NCBI GenBank assembly: GCA_951406725.2
Contig: OX597820.1
Location: 97,650,001-97,714,000 of the forward strand
DNA from: Octopus vulgaris
Taxonomy: Eukaryota
Direction of reading: 5' to 3'
Length of the DNA stretch: 64,000 nt
Within the stretch, counting starts at the first letter, position 1, and every line of letters begins with the position of its first letter. The notes under the pieces are model-generated. The model was not told the DNA's origin and did not search any database. It saw nothing but the letters and a program-made list of their open reading frames with translations. Below, one piece after another: positions 1-11,913 of this stretch. A program made the position numbers and the translations under genes.

Positions 1-79
1 TATTTATGTAACATGTTTAATACATATACACCGTTGGCTGGTAACTTACAACGGGTTACGTACTTAGTTGTTGAATGAA

Positions 80-600
80 ACGCCTCGCAGAGCGACTGGA
101 AAAGTTGATAATTTGAAGGCGCTACATCAAAAGAATACAGTGTGGGAGGTAGAACTTCCCAATCGAGTTCTTGAATAGCATTTTAGGCCATATTAGAGAA
201 GTGGAGGATGTGTTTGTTGTAGAAGCATGCTTTGTTGCTGGATGTATCGTTCAGATGGATTACCACGTTGCGTCAGTGCATTTGCTGACCGTAAAGTTTT
301 ACACTGGTTGTTTTCAAGTATTTCGTAGCAGTTGATCCTTTCCTAATCCCACCAAGTGCCGATCATTGTTTCGTGTGGATGCAACTCTTAGTTGGCTCGA
401 GGTGTTGTTTATTTGTCGGGTTTCAGCCATTCTTTCCTCTACTTCATATCGATGTAAAGACACCAGTATTCTTCACTGGTGACGATGCGGAAAATAATAT
501 TTTTGTAGCGCTATTCTTCCTCTGCAACTTTTATTTATGGTTTTCGAAATTTGAAAATGTCAGACATATGATGATGGAGCACTAATCAACATTTTTGACA
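80..600 (-). mobile_element. Highly decayed mariner (DD34D) transposase remnant, catalytic region
   Basis: Minus-strand reading gives RIVTSEEYWCLYIDMK*RKEWL (cf. RIVTGDEKW..Y), ...MIGTWWD and a HPP-like remnant; many stops and frameshifts. Confidence 0.6.
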
Positions 601-775
601 CCTGCTTTTCTTCGCTTTCCGTCAAGGTTCCGAAACTAGAAGAACCGCTTTGGAACCTTGACTGTGTACCACCGTACGCAACACAAATATCTTTGTGCTG
701 TGTACAGAGGAGGCGTTATTACTGAAACAGCTGCACAGAAACGGCTTTCATGATTCAAGGAGCGGAAATTTAACC

Positions 776-1512
776 TCATCCACGCTCCGCATTCCGGTCG
801 ACTTGTCCCTCACCCTCCCTACAATCTCTGTCAAGAGGCTGCTTCCCAGGATGCTCATCCCTGATCACCTTGGAAATAAACTTTGCACAAATGTTGCTCA
901 TGTTCAGATCTTCATGAATAATTCTGTGTTCAGTTGCCGCACCAACTCCGAACAGTATAGTTGTTGTCTTGATAGGCATACGACGGTCTTCATCAAGAAA
1001 ATGGCGAATTTTCTCAATTATCTTTGTCGTTCTGATATGTCTCTCCTTCTCAAAACTTTCACCATCTCTCACTTCTCCTCTACTGTCCTTCAGCCTCTTG
1101 CGTCAGCGGAAAGGCTAATCCATTAGTTGTTGCTGTTTGTGACCTTCTCGAGCCATACCTGGCTCATAAGGGCCGGTTTCCCGGTTTCATTGGCGTATAG
1201 GTTCCCACCTGGACGGGGCGTCGGTCTGTCACACGTTGAGCTGCTAGATACAAGAGTAAAGATTGAGAGAATGTTGTAGCGAAAGAGTCAGCAGAAGTTC
1301 GCCATTACCTTCCGTCGGAGCCGCGTAGAGCTTAAGTGTTTCGCTTATAAACACACACATTGCCCGGTTTGAGACTCGAACTCGCGATCCGCGACCGGGA
1401 ATCCGCTACTCTAACCACTTGGCCACGTGCCTCCACTAATCGATAAGTAGTCTGGAATATTTCATAAATTTCTATAGCGGTTTTTTTCCCATTTAATAAA
1501 AAAAAAACTTGG
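776..1512 (-). mobile_element. Mariner transposase N-terminal HTH remnant, split by a SINE at 1141-1436
   Basis: FFLLNGKKTAIEIYEIFQTTY (about 1440-1510) then ...IEKIRHFLDEDRRMPIK...HRIIHEDLNMSNICAKFISKVIRDE (ORF 776-1072), matching mariner HTH1/HTH2 and the WVP-equivalent linker. Confidence 0.7.
1141..1436 (-). mobile_element. tRNA-derived SINE (head A + tail 3)
   Basis: tRNA-like head GGAGGCACGTGGCCAAGTGGTTAGAGTAGCGG...GTTCGAGTC; homologous to 49855-50143 and 1800-2090. Confidence 0.8.
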
Positions 1513-1535
1513 CAGGTCAGTGTATTAGACGTATA

Positions 1536-1767
1536 TATTTCTTTGCTACCCACAAGGGGCTAAACGCAGAGGGGACAAACAAGGACAGACAAACGGATTA
1601 AGTCGATTACATCGACCCCAGTGCGTAACTGGTACTTAATCTATCGACTCCGAAAGGATGAAAAGCAAAGTCGATCTCGGCGGAATTTGAACTCAGAACG
1701 TAACGGCAGACGAAATACGGCTACGCTTTTCGCCCGGCGTGCTAACCTTTCTGCCAGCTCGCCACCT
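1536..1767 (-). mobile_element. SINE family M (Meta-domain-like core, AAAGAAA tail) with 19-bp TSD
   Basis: Direct repeat TCAGTGTATTAGACGTATA at 1517-1535 and 1768-1786; core GATCGACTTTGCTTTTCATCCTTTCGGAGTCGATA; several copies in the window. Confidence 0.85.
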
Positions 1768-1799
1768 TCAGTGTATTAGACGTATAGTAAAGATATACT

Positions 1800-2090
1800 G
1801 GAGGCGCAATGGGCCAATGGTTAGGGCAGCGGACTCGCGGTTTCAATTCCCAGAACGGGCGTTGTGTGTGCTTATTGAGCGAAAACACCTAAAGGCTCCA
1901 CGAGCCTCCGGCAGGGAGTGGTAGCGACCCCTGTTGTACTCTTTCACCGCAACTTTCTCTCACTTTCTCTTCCTGTTTCTTGAGTAACGCTGCGATGGAC
2001 TGGCGTCCTCTCCAGTTGGGGGAAACACATACGCCACAGAAACCGGGAAACCGGGCCCATGAGCTTGGCTAGGCTTGAAAAGGGCGACGA
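1800..2090 (+). mobile_element. tRNA-derived SINE (head A + tail 3 variant)
   Basis: Starts GGAGGCGCAATGGGCCAATGGTTAGGGCAGCGGACTCGCGG, same head as 8921, 23628, 25414, 61283. Confidence 0.8.
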
Positions 2091-2178
2091 AAAAAAATAT
2101 TACAAGTAGAATAATGTAGGACAGTCATAACTAATTGCCTCTCCTAAAAATGCCTCAAAACTTCAGGAATATGCCTCG

Positions 2179-2210
<32 letters not shown>

Positions 2211-2867
2211 TGTATGTATGTATGTATGTATGTATGTATGTATGTATGTATGTATCTATCTATCTATCTACATACACGCATTCCTAAATGCGTTTGTATA
2301 TATGCGAGCGGTTGTGTGTGTGTGTGTGTGTATGTACGTGCGTTTGTCGGTGCGTATGTTAGTGTATTGTACATGTATTAGTATAAGCTTGTGTGTCTTA
2401 TATAAGTTATATAAGTTTATATATATATATATTCCGTTGTGTTGTGTGTTGTGCTTGTCTGTTAGACAGGTTAGGGGATGTGGGTTGTAACTAGCAGGGG
2501 AAACCTAAAAACTGTTTGATAGAAAGGGAAGAGATTAGTGATAAGGGTGTAGACTAGGTCGCCAGGTCAGTAGGGTATTGCTGCTGCTGCTACCAAAACT
2601 ACTACTACTACTACTACCACCACCACCACCACCACCACCACCACCGTTGTTGTTGTAGTTGTTCCTGTTATTGTTATAGATTTCCCCTTTCTGATCCTAG
2701 TCCTGGTTACATTTTCTGGTTACGATGTGAATATGGAGGTGGTGGTGGTCCTGAAGGTGATTGTGGTGCTATTGGTGCAGGTGGTGCCGGTTGTTACCAA
2801 TGGTATAATTGATATCAGAGAAATAAGAAGTAATTGTACCCCTAAAACTCAAAACTTAAATACATAC

Positions 2868-2931
<64 letters not shown>

Positions 2932-2935
<4 letters not shown>

Positions 2936-3159
2936 CGGGAAGGTTTACGAAAATAGACAAAAGACGAATGCAGGTTTACGAAAATAAACAAAAGACGAAG
3001 GCAGGTGGAATACAAACAAACAATTGTATTAGTATGGCGCTCAGGAATAGAAATAAAACAAGTCTTTTACGTTTCGAGCCTACGCTCTTCGACAGAAAGA
3101 TACACAGAAAAGAAACAAGGAGAGAAAAATGCGTGTAGGAGCTAACGATCCAACATAGC

Positions 3160-3160
<1 letters not shown>
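2932..3160 (-). mobile_element. Penelope pseudo-LTR, inverted upstream copy
   Basis: Reverse complement closely matches 5527-5768; bounded by (TA)n; contains a hammerhead-like core. Confidence 0.85.
3063..3100 (-). ncRNA. Minimal type I hammerhead-ribozyme-like motif (variant core CUGUCGA)
   Basis: UCUUU-CUGUCGA-A-GAGC(GUAG)GCUC-GAAA-C-GUA-AAAGA: 5-bp stem I, 4-bp stem II, palindromic ACGU in place of stem III. Confidence 0.6.
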
Positions 3161-3206
<46 letters not shown>

Positions 3207-3343
3207 AGCGGTTGTGTGTGTGTGTGTGTGTGTATGCACGTGCGTTTGTGTGTGCGTATGTTAGTGTATTATACATGTATTAGTATAAGCGAGTGTGTCT
3301 TATATAAGTTATATAAGTTTATATATATATATATATTCCGTTC

Positions 3344-4997
3344 AACATCTCCCCGGCTGAGCTCTCGGCTCTTCGTTCCCTCCAACGGCGCGTTGACATT
3401 ATCATTAAACCGGCTGACAAGGGTGGAGCTGTAGTGGTGTGGCGCGCGGACCTCTACAGGGGCGAGGCTTTCCGCCAACTCAATGACACCTCCTTTTGGT
3501 CCCCTCTGTCCTCTAACCCCACACGTAGCTACCAACAGACGGTATCCTCTACTGTCCGCGACCTCATCTCGTCCTCCCGTCTCCCCCACACCGCATCCAA
3601 CCTAATTGTGCGAACCCCACGTACCCCCACCATTTACTTCCTCCCCCAAATCCACAAACCCAACAACCCTGGCCGCCCCATCGTCTCCGCCTGTAACTGC
3701 CCCACGGAGCTCATCTCTAAATACCTCGACCGTGTCCTTGCCCCCCTAGTGACATCTCTTCCCTCCCACATCCACGATACCAACCATGCTCTCCGGCTTT
3801 TCAACTCTTTCTCCTTTCCTCCCGGCTCCTCCAAAATCCTTTCTACTATGGACATTCAAAGCCTCTATACCGTTATCTCTCTCCACGAAGGACTGCAGGC
3901 ACTTCAACACTTTCTTGACCTCCGCTCCAACCCTGAACCTGACACCTCCACACTCATTCGTCTGGCCGAACTTGTCCTTACTCTTAACTGCTTCTCGTTC
4001 ACGGGCGAGTTCTACCATCAGGTCTCGGGAGTGGCCATGGGAACGCGAATGGGCCCCAACTATGCGAACCTGTTCGTTGGCTATGTTGAGGCCCAAATAT
4101 TCTCTAATTTCACTGGTCCCACTCCTGAACTATATGGTCGTTACATTGACGACATTATCGGTGCCACCTCACTCTCCCGTGAACATCTAGATTCCTTCCT
4201 CTCTTTTGTTCAATCTTTCCATCCAGCCCTCCACTTCACTTCCACTATCTCCTACACCTCTGTCTCCTTCCTCGACATTTCGGTTAGCATTCTTCACTCC
4301 ACTCTTACCACCTCCATTCACTACAAACACACAGACTCACACTCTTACCTCAACTTCTCTTCCTCCCACCCAGAACACACCAAGCATTCCATCCCCTATT
4401 CCCAATTCCTCCATCTACGTAGGCTCTGTAGTGACGACCATGACTTTGAGACTCAGTCTCAACGTATGGCTCACCACTTCATCCTAAGTGGATACCCCCT
4501 CACCACTATCCACACCGCCCTTGCCAGAGCACGTTCCGTAGACCGTGTATCTGCTCTCTCTCCCCGAACCCGCCCTGTAGTCTCCTGCCTCCCTTTTCCC
4601 CTCACTTACCACCCCACGACCCTACCTCTCCAACACCACCCTCCTCACTGGCACCCATCATCGACCCTTTCGCATCATCAACTCCTTCACCTGCACCTCC
4701 AGCAATATTATCTATTGCGTCTCTTGCTCTCTCTGCCATTCCCTGTACATCGGACAAACGGGACGCCGCTTGGCTGACCGGTTCGCGGAACACCTTCGTG
4801 ACATCCACCTTGCGAACGACACACCGGTCTCACGCCATTTCCGCTCCACCGGTCACTCCTTGCAACACCTGTCTGTGTTCGGTTTGTCCTTACACAGAGG
4901 CCATCCGGATTCCCGTTTGCGCCGTGAACAGGAATTAATCTTCTCTCTTCGCTCTTATATGCCATTTGGTCTCAACTCTCCCCCCCTCCTCATCTAA
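3344..4997 (+). mobile_element. Penelope-like retroelement (Neptune-like), 5'-truncated RT + GIY-YIG ORF with deletion/frameshift near 4637
   Basis: NISPAELSALRSL...IIIKPADKGGAVVVW, YFLPQIHKPNNPGRPIVS, MDIQSLYT, QVSGVAMGTRMGPNYANLF, RYIDDI, SFLDI, HYKHTDSHSYL. A second frame from 4638 gives FTCTSSNIIYCVSCSLCHSLYIGQTGRRLADRFAEH...RHF...RLRREQELIFSL..PFGLN, stop 4997. Confidence 0.95.
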
Positions 4998-5765
4998 CCC
5001 CCCTCTCCCCCCTCCTCATCTAACCTGCCCCCCGACTCCTACTTCTCTTCAGTCCTTCATCCTTTCACCCCTACTCCTCTTCCCTTCTTCCCTCTTTCTC
5101 CCTCCCTCCTTCTTCCCTCTTCCCCTTCCCTCTGCTCCCTCACTCCCCTTCTCTCTCCCTCCCCCTCTCCCCCCCACTCCCCTTCCCCTTCTCCTCTCCT
5201 TCCTTCTCCCCCTCCTCTTCTCCTCTCCTTCCTTCTCCCCCTCCCCTTCCCCTCCCCTTCTCCCCTTTCCTTATCCCCCCTTACCTGCCATCCCCCTCTT
5301 CTCTCTCTACACTACACCATACGACTTTACACATCACATCATATATACATACACACGTCTAGACCTCTCCTACGCACTAATACTCTCTCATACACACACA
5401 CACACTCTTCTCATACACACACACACACACTCTTATGTTTGAGCGGGGGTCATTCAACCCTATTATCTCCCCTAATTTCGCTCTTGCGTCTCATGTTTGA
5501 TCTTTGACTTCTGGCCGAAATCAGATCGCCATGTTGATTCGCTAGCTTTTGCACGCATATTTTTTTCTCTCCTTCTTTCTGTGTTTTTTTCTCTGTGTAT
5601 ATTTCTGTTGAAGAGCGTAGGCTCGAAACGTTAAAGACTTGTTTCATTTATATTTCCTGAGCGCCATACTAATACAATTGTTTGTTTGTATTCCACCTGC
5701 CTTCGTCTTTTGTTTATTTCTGTAAACCTGCCTTCGTCTTTTGTCTATTTTCATAAAGCTTACCG

Positions 5766-5768
<3 letters not shown>
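4998..5768 (+). mobile_element. PLE 3' region: polypyrimidine tract then downstream pseudo-LTR (about 5450-5768)
   Basis: C/T-rich tract 4998-5310, then sequence matching the inverted copy at 2932-3160; ends at (TA)n. Confidence 0.8.
5600..5637 (+). ncRNA. Minimal hammerhead-like motif (core CUGUUGA)
   Basis: TATTT-CTGTTGA-A-GAGC-GTAG-GCTC-GAAA-CGTT-AAAGA; palindromic AACGTT. Confidence 0.55.
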
Positions 5769-5822
<54 letters not shown>

Positions 5823-5824
<2 letters not shown>

Positions 5825-6028
5825 GTGACCGCGTGTGTATCGTTGGCGATTTTTTTCCCTCCGTCTTCCCTTCTTTGGATCTTTCCCTTTCCTATGTTTC
5901 TGACGAAGAGCTCCGCACGAGACGTTAAGTCCTCCTTCTTTCTTTCCTTTCCTGGGCGTCCAATAATACTATATTTGTTCCACGTCCTCGCGTTGCTGTG
6001 TTTTCTCTTTGTGTTTTCATGTTTGGAT

Positions 6029-6033
<5 letters not shown>
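5823..6033 (+). mobile_element. Solo pseudo-LTR of a second PLE family with decayed hammerhead (5896-5931)
   Basis: GTTT-CTGACGA-A-GAGC-TCC-GCAC-GAGA-CGTT; flanked by (TA)n; its 3' part recurs inverted at 46190-46282. Confidence 0.65.
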
Positions 6034-6091
<58 letters not shown>

Positions 6092-6492
6092 GTAAAGGCA
6101 CACACACAAAAACACCCACTCACACAGCCATTCACACACGCACACGCACGCATGCACGCACACAACCCCCCACACAACGGGCTTCTGCACAGTTTCAATC
6201 AACCAAATACTCTTACAAACCGTTCGCCGAGCCGGACCCGGAGTTCTAATAAACGACACTTTTCTCAGGTGCCGCGCAGTCAACTCCTTAGCCACACATT
6301 CGTGACCAGACCTTCTATATATATATATATATATTTCGTTTTTGCATTTGGTTTGCAAGATTCTTTATGTGACTTCGCGTGTTGAAGCATATTCTGTTGT
6401 GCCTGGGGAGGTTCATTCTCTTTTAGTGCCTTATGATTTTATATACATATATATACATATATATATGTATGTATGTGTGTATATATATATAT

Positions 6493-6586
<94 letters not shown>

Positions 6587-6587
<1 letters not shown>

Positions 6588-6747
6588 GCGCAGGAGTGGC
6601 TATTTGGTAAGTAGTTTGCTTACCAACCACATGGTACCGGGTTTAGTCCTACTGTGTGCACCTTGGGCAAGTGTCTTCTACTATAGCCTCGAGCCGACTG
6701 AAGCCTTGTGAGTGGATTTGGTAGACAGAAACTGAAAGAAGCCCGTC

Positions 6748-6778
<31 letters not shown>

Positions 6779-6840
6779 TGTATGTATGTATGTATGCATG
6801 CATGCATGCATGCATGCATGTTTGTATGTATGTATGTATG

Positions 6841-6871
<31 letters not shown>

Positions 6872-7156
6872 GTAAGTGTGTATGTATGTATGTATGCATG
6901 TATGTATGTATGTATGTATGTATGTATGTATGTATGTATGTATGCATATATGTGAGTGAATGTGTGTTTGTTCCCCCAACATTGCTTGACGACCGATGCT
7001 GGTGTGTTTAAGTACCCGCAACTTAGTGGTTTGGCAAGAGACGCCGATAGAATAAGTACTAAGCTTACAAAGAATAAGTCAAGGGGTCGATTTGTTCGAC
7101 TAAAGGCGGTGCTCCAACATGGCTGCAGTCAAATGACTGAAACAACTAAAAGAATA
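6587..7156 (+). mobile_element. SINE family B (tRNA head, CORE-like CCTTGGGCAAG motif, internal microsatellite)
   Basis: GGAGTGGCTATTTGGTAAG...CACCTTGGGCAAGTGTCTTCTACTATAGCC...(TATG)n...CAGTCAAATGACTGAAACAA; many copies in the window. Confidence 0.85.
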
Positions 7157-7224
7157 CGAGGATATATAATCACTGACCTTGTGCCGAAATAAGAACTAGT
7201 CATTGAGGAAGGAAGTATATATTC

Positions 7225-8042
7225 GTTTATTCTTTTACTTGTTTCAGTCATTTGACTGCGGCTATGCTGGAGCACCGTCTTGAAAGTTTCTGTCGAACAA
7301 ATCGACCCTAGATCATATTTTTTTAAGGCATAGTATTTATTCCATCGTTTAGTTTTGCCGAACCGCTATGTTAATGGGACGTAAACACACTAACACCGGT
7401 TGTCAAGCGGTGATGGCTGGGGGAGGAAACACCGACACAAAGACGCACACACATAAATATATACATATATATGCATATATTTATATAATAACAGAGGATA
7501 AAACATTAAAAAAATATTTATCAGTTGCCAGCATATAAAATGAAACCAATTAAGGTGAAAGTTATATTACTCTTTACTTGTTTCAGTCATTTGACTGCGG
7601 CCATGCTGGAGCACCGCCTTTAGTCGAGCAAATCGACCCCGGGACTTATTCTTTGTAAGCCCAGTACTTATTCTATCAGTCTCTTTTGCCGAACCGCTAA
7701 TGACGGGGACGTAAACACACCAGCATCGGTTCTCAAGCAATGCTAGGGGGACAAACACAGACACACAAACACACACACATACATATATATATATATACAT
7801 ATATACGACAGGCTTCTCTCAGTTTCTGCCTACCAAATCCACTCACAAGGCATTGGTCGGCCCGGGGCTATAGCAGAAGACACTTGCCCAAGATGCCACA
7901 TATACGACGGGCTTCTTTCATTTTCCGTCTACCAAATTCACTCAAAATGCTTTGGTCGGCCCGAAGCTATATTTGAAGACCCAAGGTGCCCCGCAATGGG
8001 ACTGAACCTGGAACCACAAGCTTCTTGTTACACAGCCACACC
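7225..8042 (-). mobile_element. Two SINE family B copies (partial 7225-7445; 7568-8042 with internal partial duplication)
   Basis: Reverse-complement matches to 6587-7156 and 8161-8613. Confidence 0.8.
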
Positions 8043-8160
8043 TCTGAAATTAAAAAAAATTAAAACAGATAATGTTGTACCCTGGGACCACGGTGGGTGT
8101 CACGTCAATTAGTATAAACAGTTTTTTAAAAACTTTCTTTATATCAGTCTGAGTTCATTT

Positions 8161-8326
8161 AGGAGTGGCTGTGTAGTAAGTAGCTTGCTTACGAACCACA
8201 TTCTTCTGGGTTCAGTCCCATTGCGTGGCACCTTGGGCAAATGTCTTCTACTATAGCCTCGGGCCGACCAAAGCCTTGTGAGTGGATTTGGTTGACGGAA
8301 ACTGAAAGAAGTCCGTCGTATATATG

Positions 8327-8394
<68 letters not shown>

Positions 8395-8613
8395 GGTGTA
8401 TATGTTTGTGTGTCTGTGTTTGTCCCCCCTAACATCGCTTGACAACCGATGCTGGTGTGTTTACGTCCCCGTCACTTAGCGGTTCGGCAAAAGAAACTGA
8501 TAGAATAAGTACTAGGCTTACAAAGAATAAGTACAGGGATCGATTTGCTCGACTAAAGGCGGTGCTCCAGTACGGCCACAGTCAAATGACTGAAACAAGT
8601 AAAAAAGTAAAAG
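8161..8613 (+). mobile_element. SINE family B
   Basis: Same head, core, internal (TA)n and tail as 6587-7156. Confidence 0.85.
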
Positions 8614-8649
8614 AGGTACCTCAAAGTTAGAGTAAAAGGTCAAGTATCT

Positions 8650-8890
8650 TTCTCGAGTTATACCGACTCACCAGGACTAGTTTCCCGGTTTCATGGCGTA
8701 TGTATTTCCCACCTGAATGGAGCGCCGGCCCGCCGCAGGATTACTTATTTCTGCCAGTTGAGTGGACAGGAGCAACGTGAAATGAAATGCTTTGCTCAAG
8801 AACACAACGCATCGTCAGGACCAAGAATCGAAACCACAATCTTACGATCGTGAATCCAACACACTAACCACTAAACCACGTATCCCCACT
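8650..8890 (-). mobile_element. tRNA-derived SINE (head D + tail 3)
   Basis: Head ...GTGGTTTAGTGGTTAGTGTGTTGGATTCACGATCGTAAG, core TGTGTTCTTGAGCAAAGCATTTCATTTCACGTTGCTCC; tail as in 1141-1250. Confidence 0.7.
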
Positions 8891-8920
8891 AACAGGTATT
8901 ATAGGGTGTTTATAATTCAT

Positions 8921-9307
8921 GTGGATGCGCAATGGCCCAGTGGTTAGGGCAGCGGACTCGCGGTCATAGGATCGCGGTTTCGATTACCAGACCGGGCGTT
9001 GTGAGTGTTTATTGAGCGAAAACACCTAAAAGCTCCACGAGACTCCGGCAGGGGATGGTGGTGATCCCTGCTGTACTCTTTCACCACAACTTTCTCACTC
9101 TTACTTCCTGTTTCTGTTGTACCTATACTTCAAAGGGCCGGCCTTGTCACTCTCTGTGTCACGCTGAATATCCCCGAGAACTACGTTAAGGGTACACATG
9201 TCTGTGGAGTGCTCAACCACTTACACGTTAATTTCACGAGCAGGCTGTTCCGTTGATTCGGATCAACCGGAACCCTCGTCGTCGTAACCGACGGAGTGCT
9301 TCCCTCC
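8921..9307 (+). mobile_element. tRNA-derived SINE (head A + tail 1) with 11-bp TSD
   Basis: TSD TTATAATTCAT at 8910-8920 and 9308-9318. Confidence 0.85.
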
Positions 9308-9779
9308 TTATAATTCATACATAGTTCGTAGTTGAGAATAGCAAGAACACCACGAAGTTGCCATGACGTAGTGTTGTGTTCGAGTCGTCATGTTGGAAAT
9401 TAGTGAAGGATATTTCGACATAGAAACTCAATACAGAAAAAAAACAAAAAAACTCGCTGCTAGTTGTTTCTTCTTTACCCACTAAGTCTGTAGGATTATT
9501 TATACCGTTGCACCAATTTCATCGTCACTACTTTGGTCATAACTATGACCAACTACACCAAAACAAAACACAAAAAACTCATAACCACCACCATTGATGC
9601 TACCATTACTACCACTACGACCAGTACCACCCTCATTACGACAACGACGACGACAACCACCACCAGCACCACCACCGCCGTCACCGCAACCACCACCACC
9701 ACAACCACTATCGCCTCCAGCTGCACATGAGCCAGTGATCGGCACAGAAAATGGTGGTAATTTTTTTTTAGGATGACTA

Positions 9780-10150
9780 TGGTGTCGTACTCTTTGATTT
9801 TTTAGAATATAGCTGTACCGTGAACAACAGGCTGTACATTGAGACACTACTCAAAAAAGTTTCGAGAGGATCGAACATGAATCCGAAACAAATCTATATT
9901 CACCATGACGATGCTCAACCTCATACATCTTTGGTAACAAATCAGGCAATCGGAATATGGGTGTGGTCAGTGGTTCCCCATCGACTGTACAACCTGGATC
10001 TGGACTTCGGAGACATCGATTTGATGATACAAATGAGGTGAAATGGGGTACATCGGCGCACACCTGGACTTTTTCAATGAGGATTCGAGAAGTTGAACTT
10101 CTCGTGCAAAATGCTTGCTTGTGAATGAAGCTATGTTGTGCATAATCTTT
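9780..10150 (+). mobile_element. Mariner transposase C-terminal remnant
   Basis: IHHDDAQPHTSLVTNQAI..VWSVVPHRLYNLDLDFGDIDL, matching HHDNARPH...HPPYSPDLAPSDF. Confidence 0.7.
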
Positions 10151-11233
10151 ATTGAGAAGGAACTACTTAACTAACATTGGCACTTGGAACGAGCTCTACT
10201 TTTTGCTTGTTTTGGTCATTAGACTGCGGCCACGCTGGGGCGCCGCCTTGTAATTCTTCCCCCTAATCCCATTCAGGAGTGATGGGTATCGTTATTTCGC
10301 CATTTTTGTGGCTTATCAACATTACGTACTTAAATCGAACCGGAGCTTTGTCAATTAATAAAACAAGATACTTTCACTTTCGCATTATATTCGGTGCAAC
10401 TCTCGTATTTTTGGATGCTTAAATATACCTGTATAGAAGTATGAACAGTATGTAGAGATGTACCACGGGAAGTTAGTCTTTTCCCCAAACTCATTTCATA
10501 ATTTGTGCATCTAATACGATGCAAAAGAAGCTTCAAAATATATTGTCGACGTCTAAGTATATGTAATATTAATACACCCAGAAGCAAGCCTAATTCTATG
10601 CAGAAAAGGGTGTAAATTAGAATATACGTAATTAAACAACATGCTCATTTCATCATTAGTTAACTAATCCAATAGAAAGCTATCTTGAAATATATTATGT
10701 AATTACGAGTATAAGCAAGGGATTATTTATAATATACGCCAATGTACAAGTAATTACACATAGGAAAGTGCTAACGTAAGCATATAATTCAATATTATTG
10801 TAGATCTAGTAAACCATTTGCAAATTCAGGTTCCCAGTAAGCCTATCTTTAAATGATTTATTTTTATACATTTATCCAGTCGCAGTGTTGGCATGAGATT
10901 AGCGCTAAAGTTAGTTTATATGACCTTTGAACTGTATATTAATTTAAACAAGAATTTATTTTGATCATAAAGAAGCAAGGGTGAAGTTAATAAATAAAGG
11001 GCGAGTATTTTACAGCACGTAGCTAATATTCTGTAAACTTCTGTAATATATAACCATGGGTATGGGTATGCATTTATTTGTAGATAATTGTATATTTTAG
11101 AATACATGTGGTATTTGTAAGTGTATATCTTCCTACACTTGCATGTATGTGTTTGTCGATGCGTGTGTATATATTTGTTGTATCAATGAATGTATACACA
11201 ATGTTGTATGAAGGAATGTATAAACATTTATAC

Positions 11234-11322
<89 letters not shown>

Positions 11323-11553
11323 TTTTCTGTCTGTCTGTCTGTCAATATACATGTATTTATGCATGAATGCGCAATTACAAAACCAAGTACTGATATTTCG
11401 AATGCATTGAACATGTACGTTTCAAGTAGGTGAAATATTTCGCCTAGAGCGACTGAAGAGAATGGCATTTGCGCAACAATTTGATACGTAACTACTTTGA
11501 AACGTACGTATTAAATGCATTCAGGATATCAGTAACTGATCTCGTAATTATCC

Positions 11554-11590
<37 letters not shown>

Positions 11591-11913
11591 CACACGCATA
11601 CATGCACGCGCGCACGCACAAACACACATGCATACATACATATATGTATATCCCTCAACTCCTCATCATTTATCGACCAAAAATCATCACAATTTCGGTC
11701 CAATATATAATGTTCAGTTATATGTTGCTGGGATATAAATGAGCAGTTCGGAAAGGCGTGCATGAAGTCACTTAAGACAAGTTCAACAAGAATAAAAAAT
11801 ACGAGATCTCTACACCGAACGGTGAAAGTCATGCTTGTATGTATTACTCTTTTACTCTCTTTTACATTTTTACATTGTTTCAGTCATTTCACTTCGACCA
11901 TGCTGGAGCACCG

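Noticed and set aside
4966-5442. Proline-rich 158-aa ORF
   Set aside because: It is a translation of the PLE 3' polypyrimidine tract.
8921-8998. tRNA gene
   Set aside because: The tRNA-like A/B boxes continue into a SINE body, with TSDs and many copies, and there is no proper acceptor stem.
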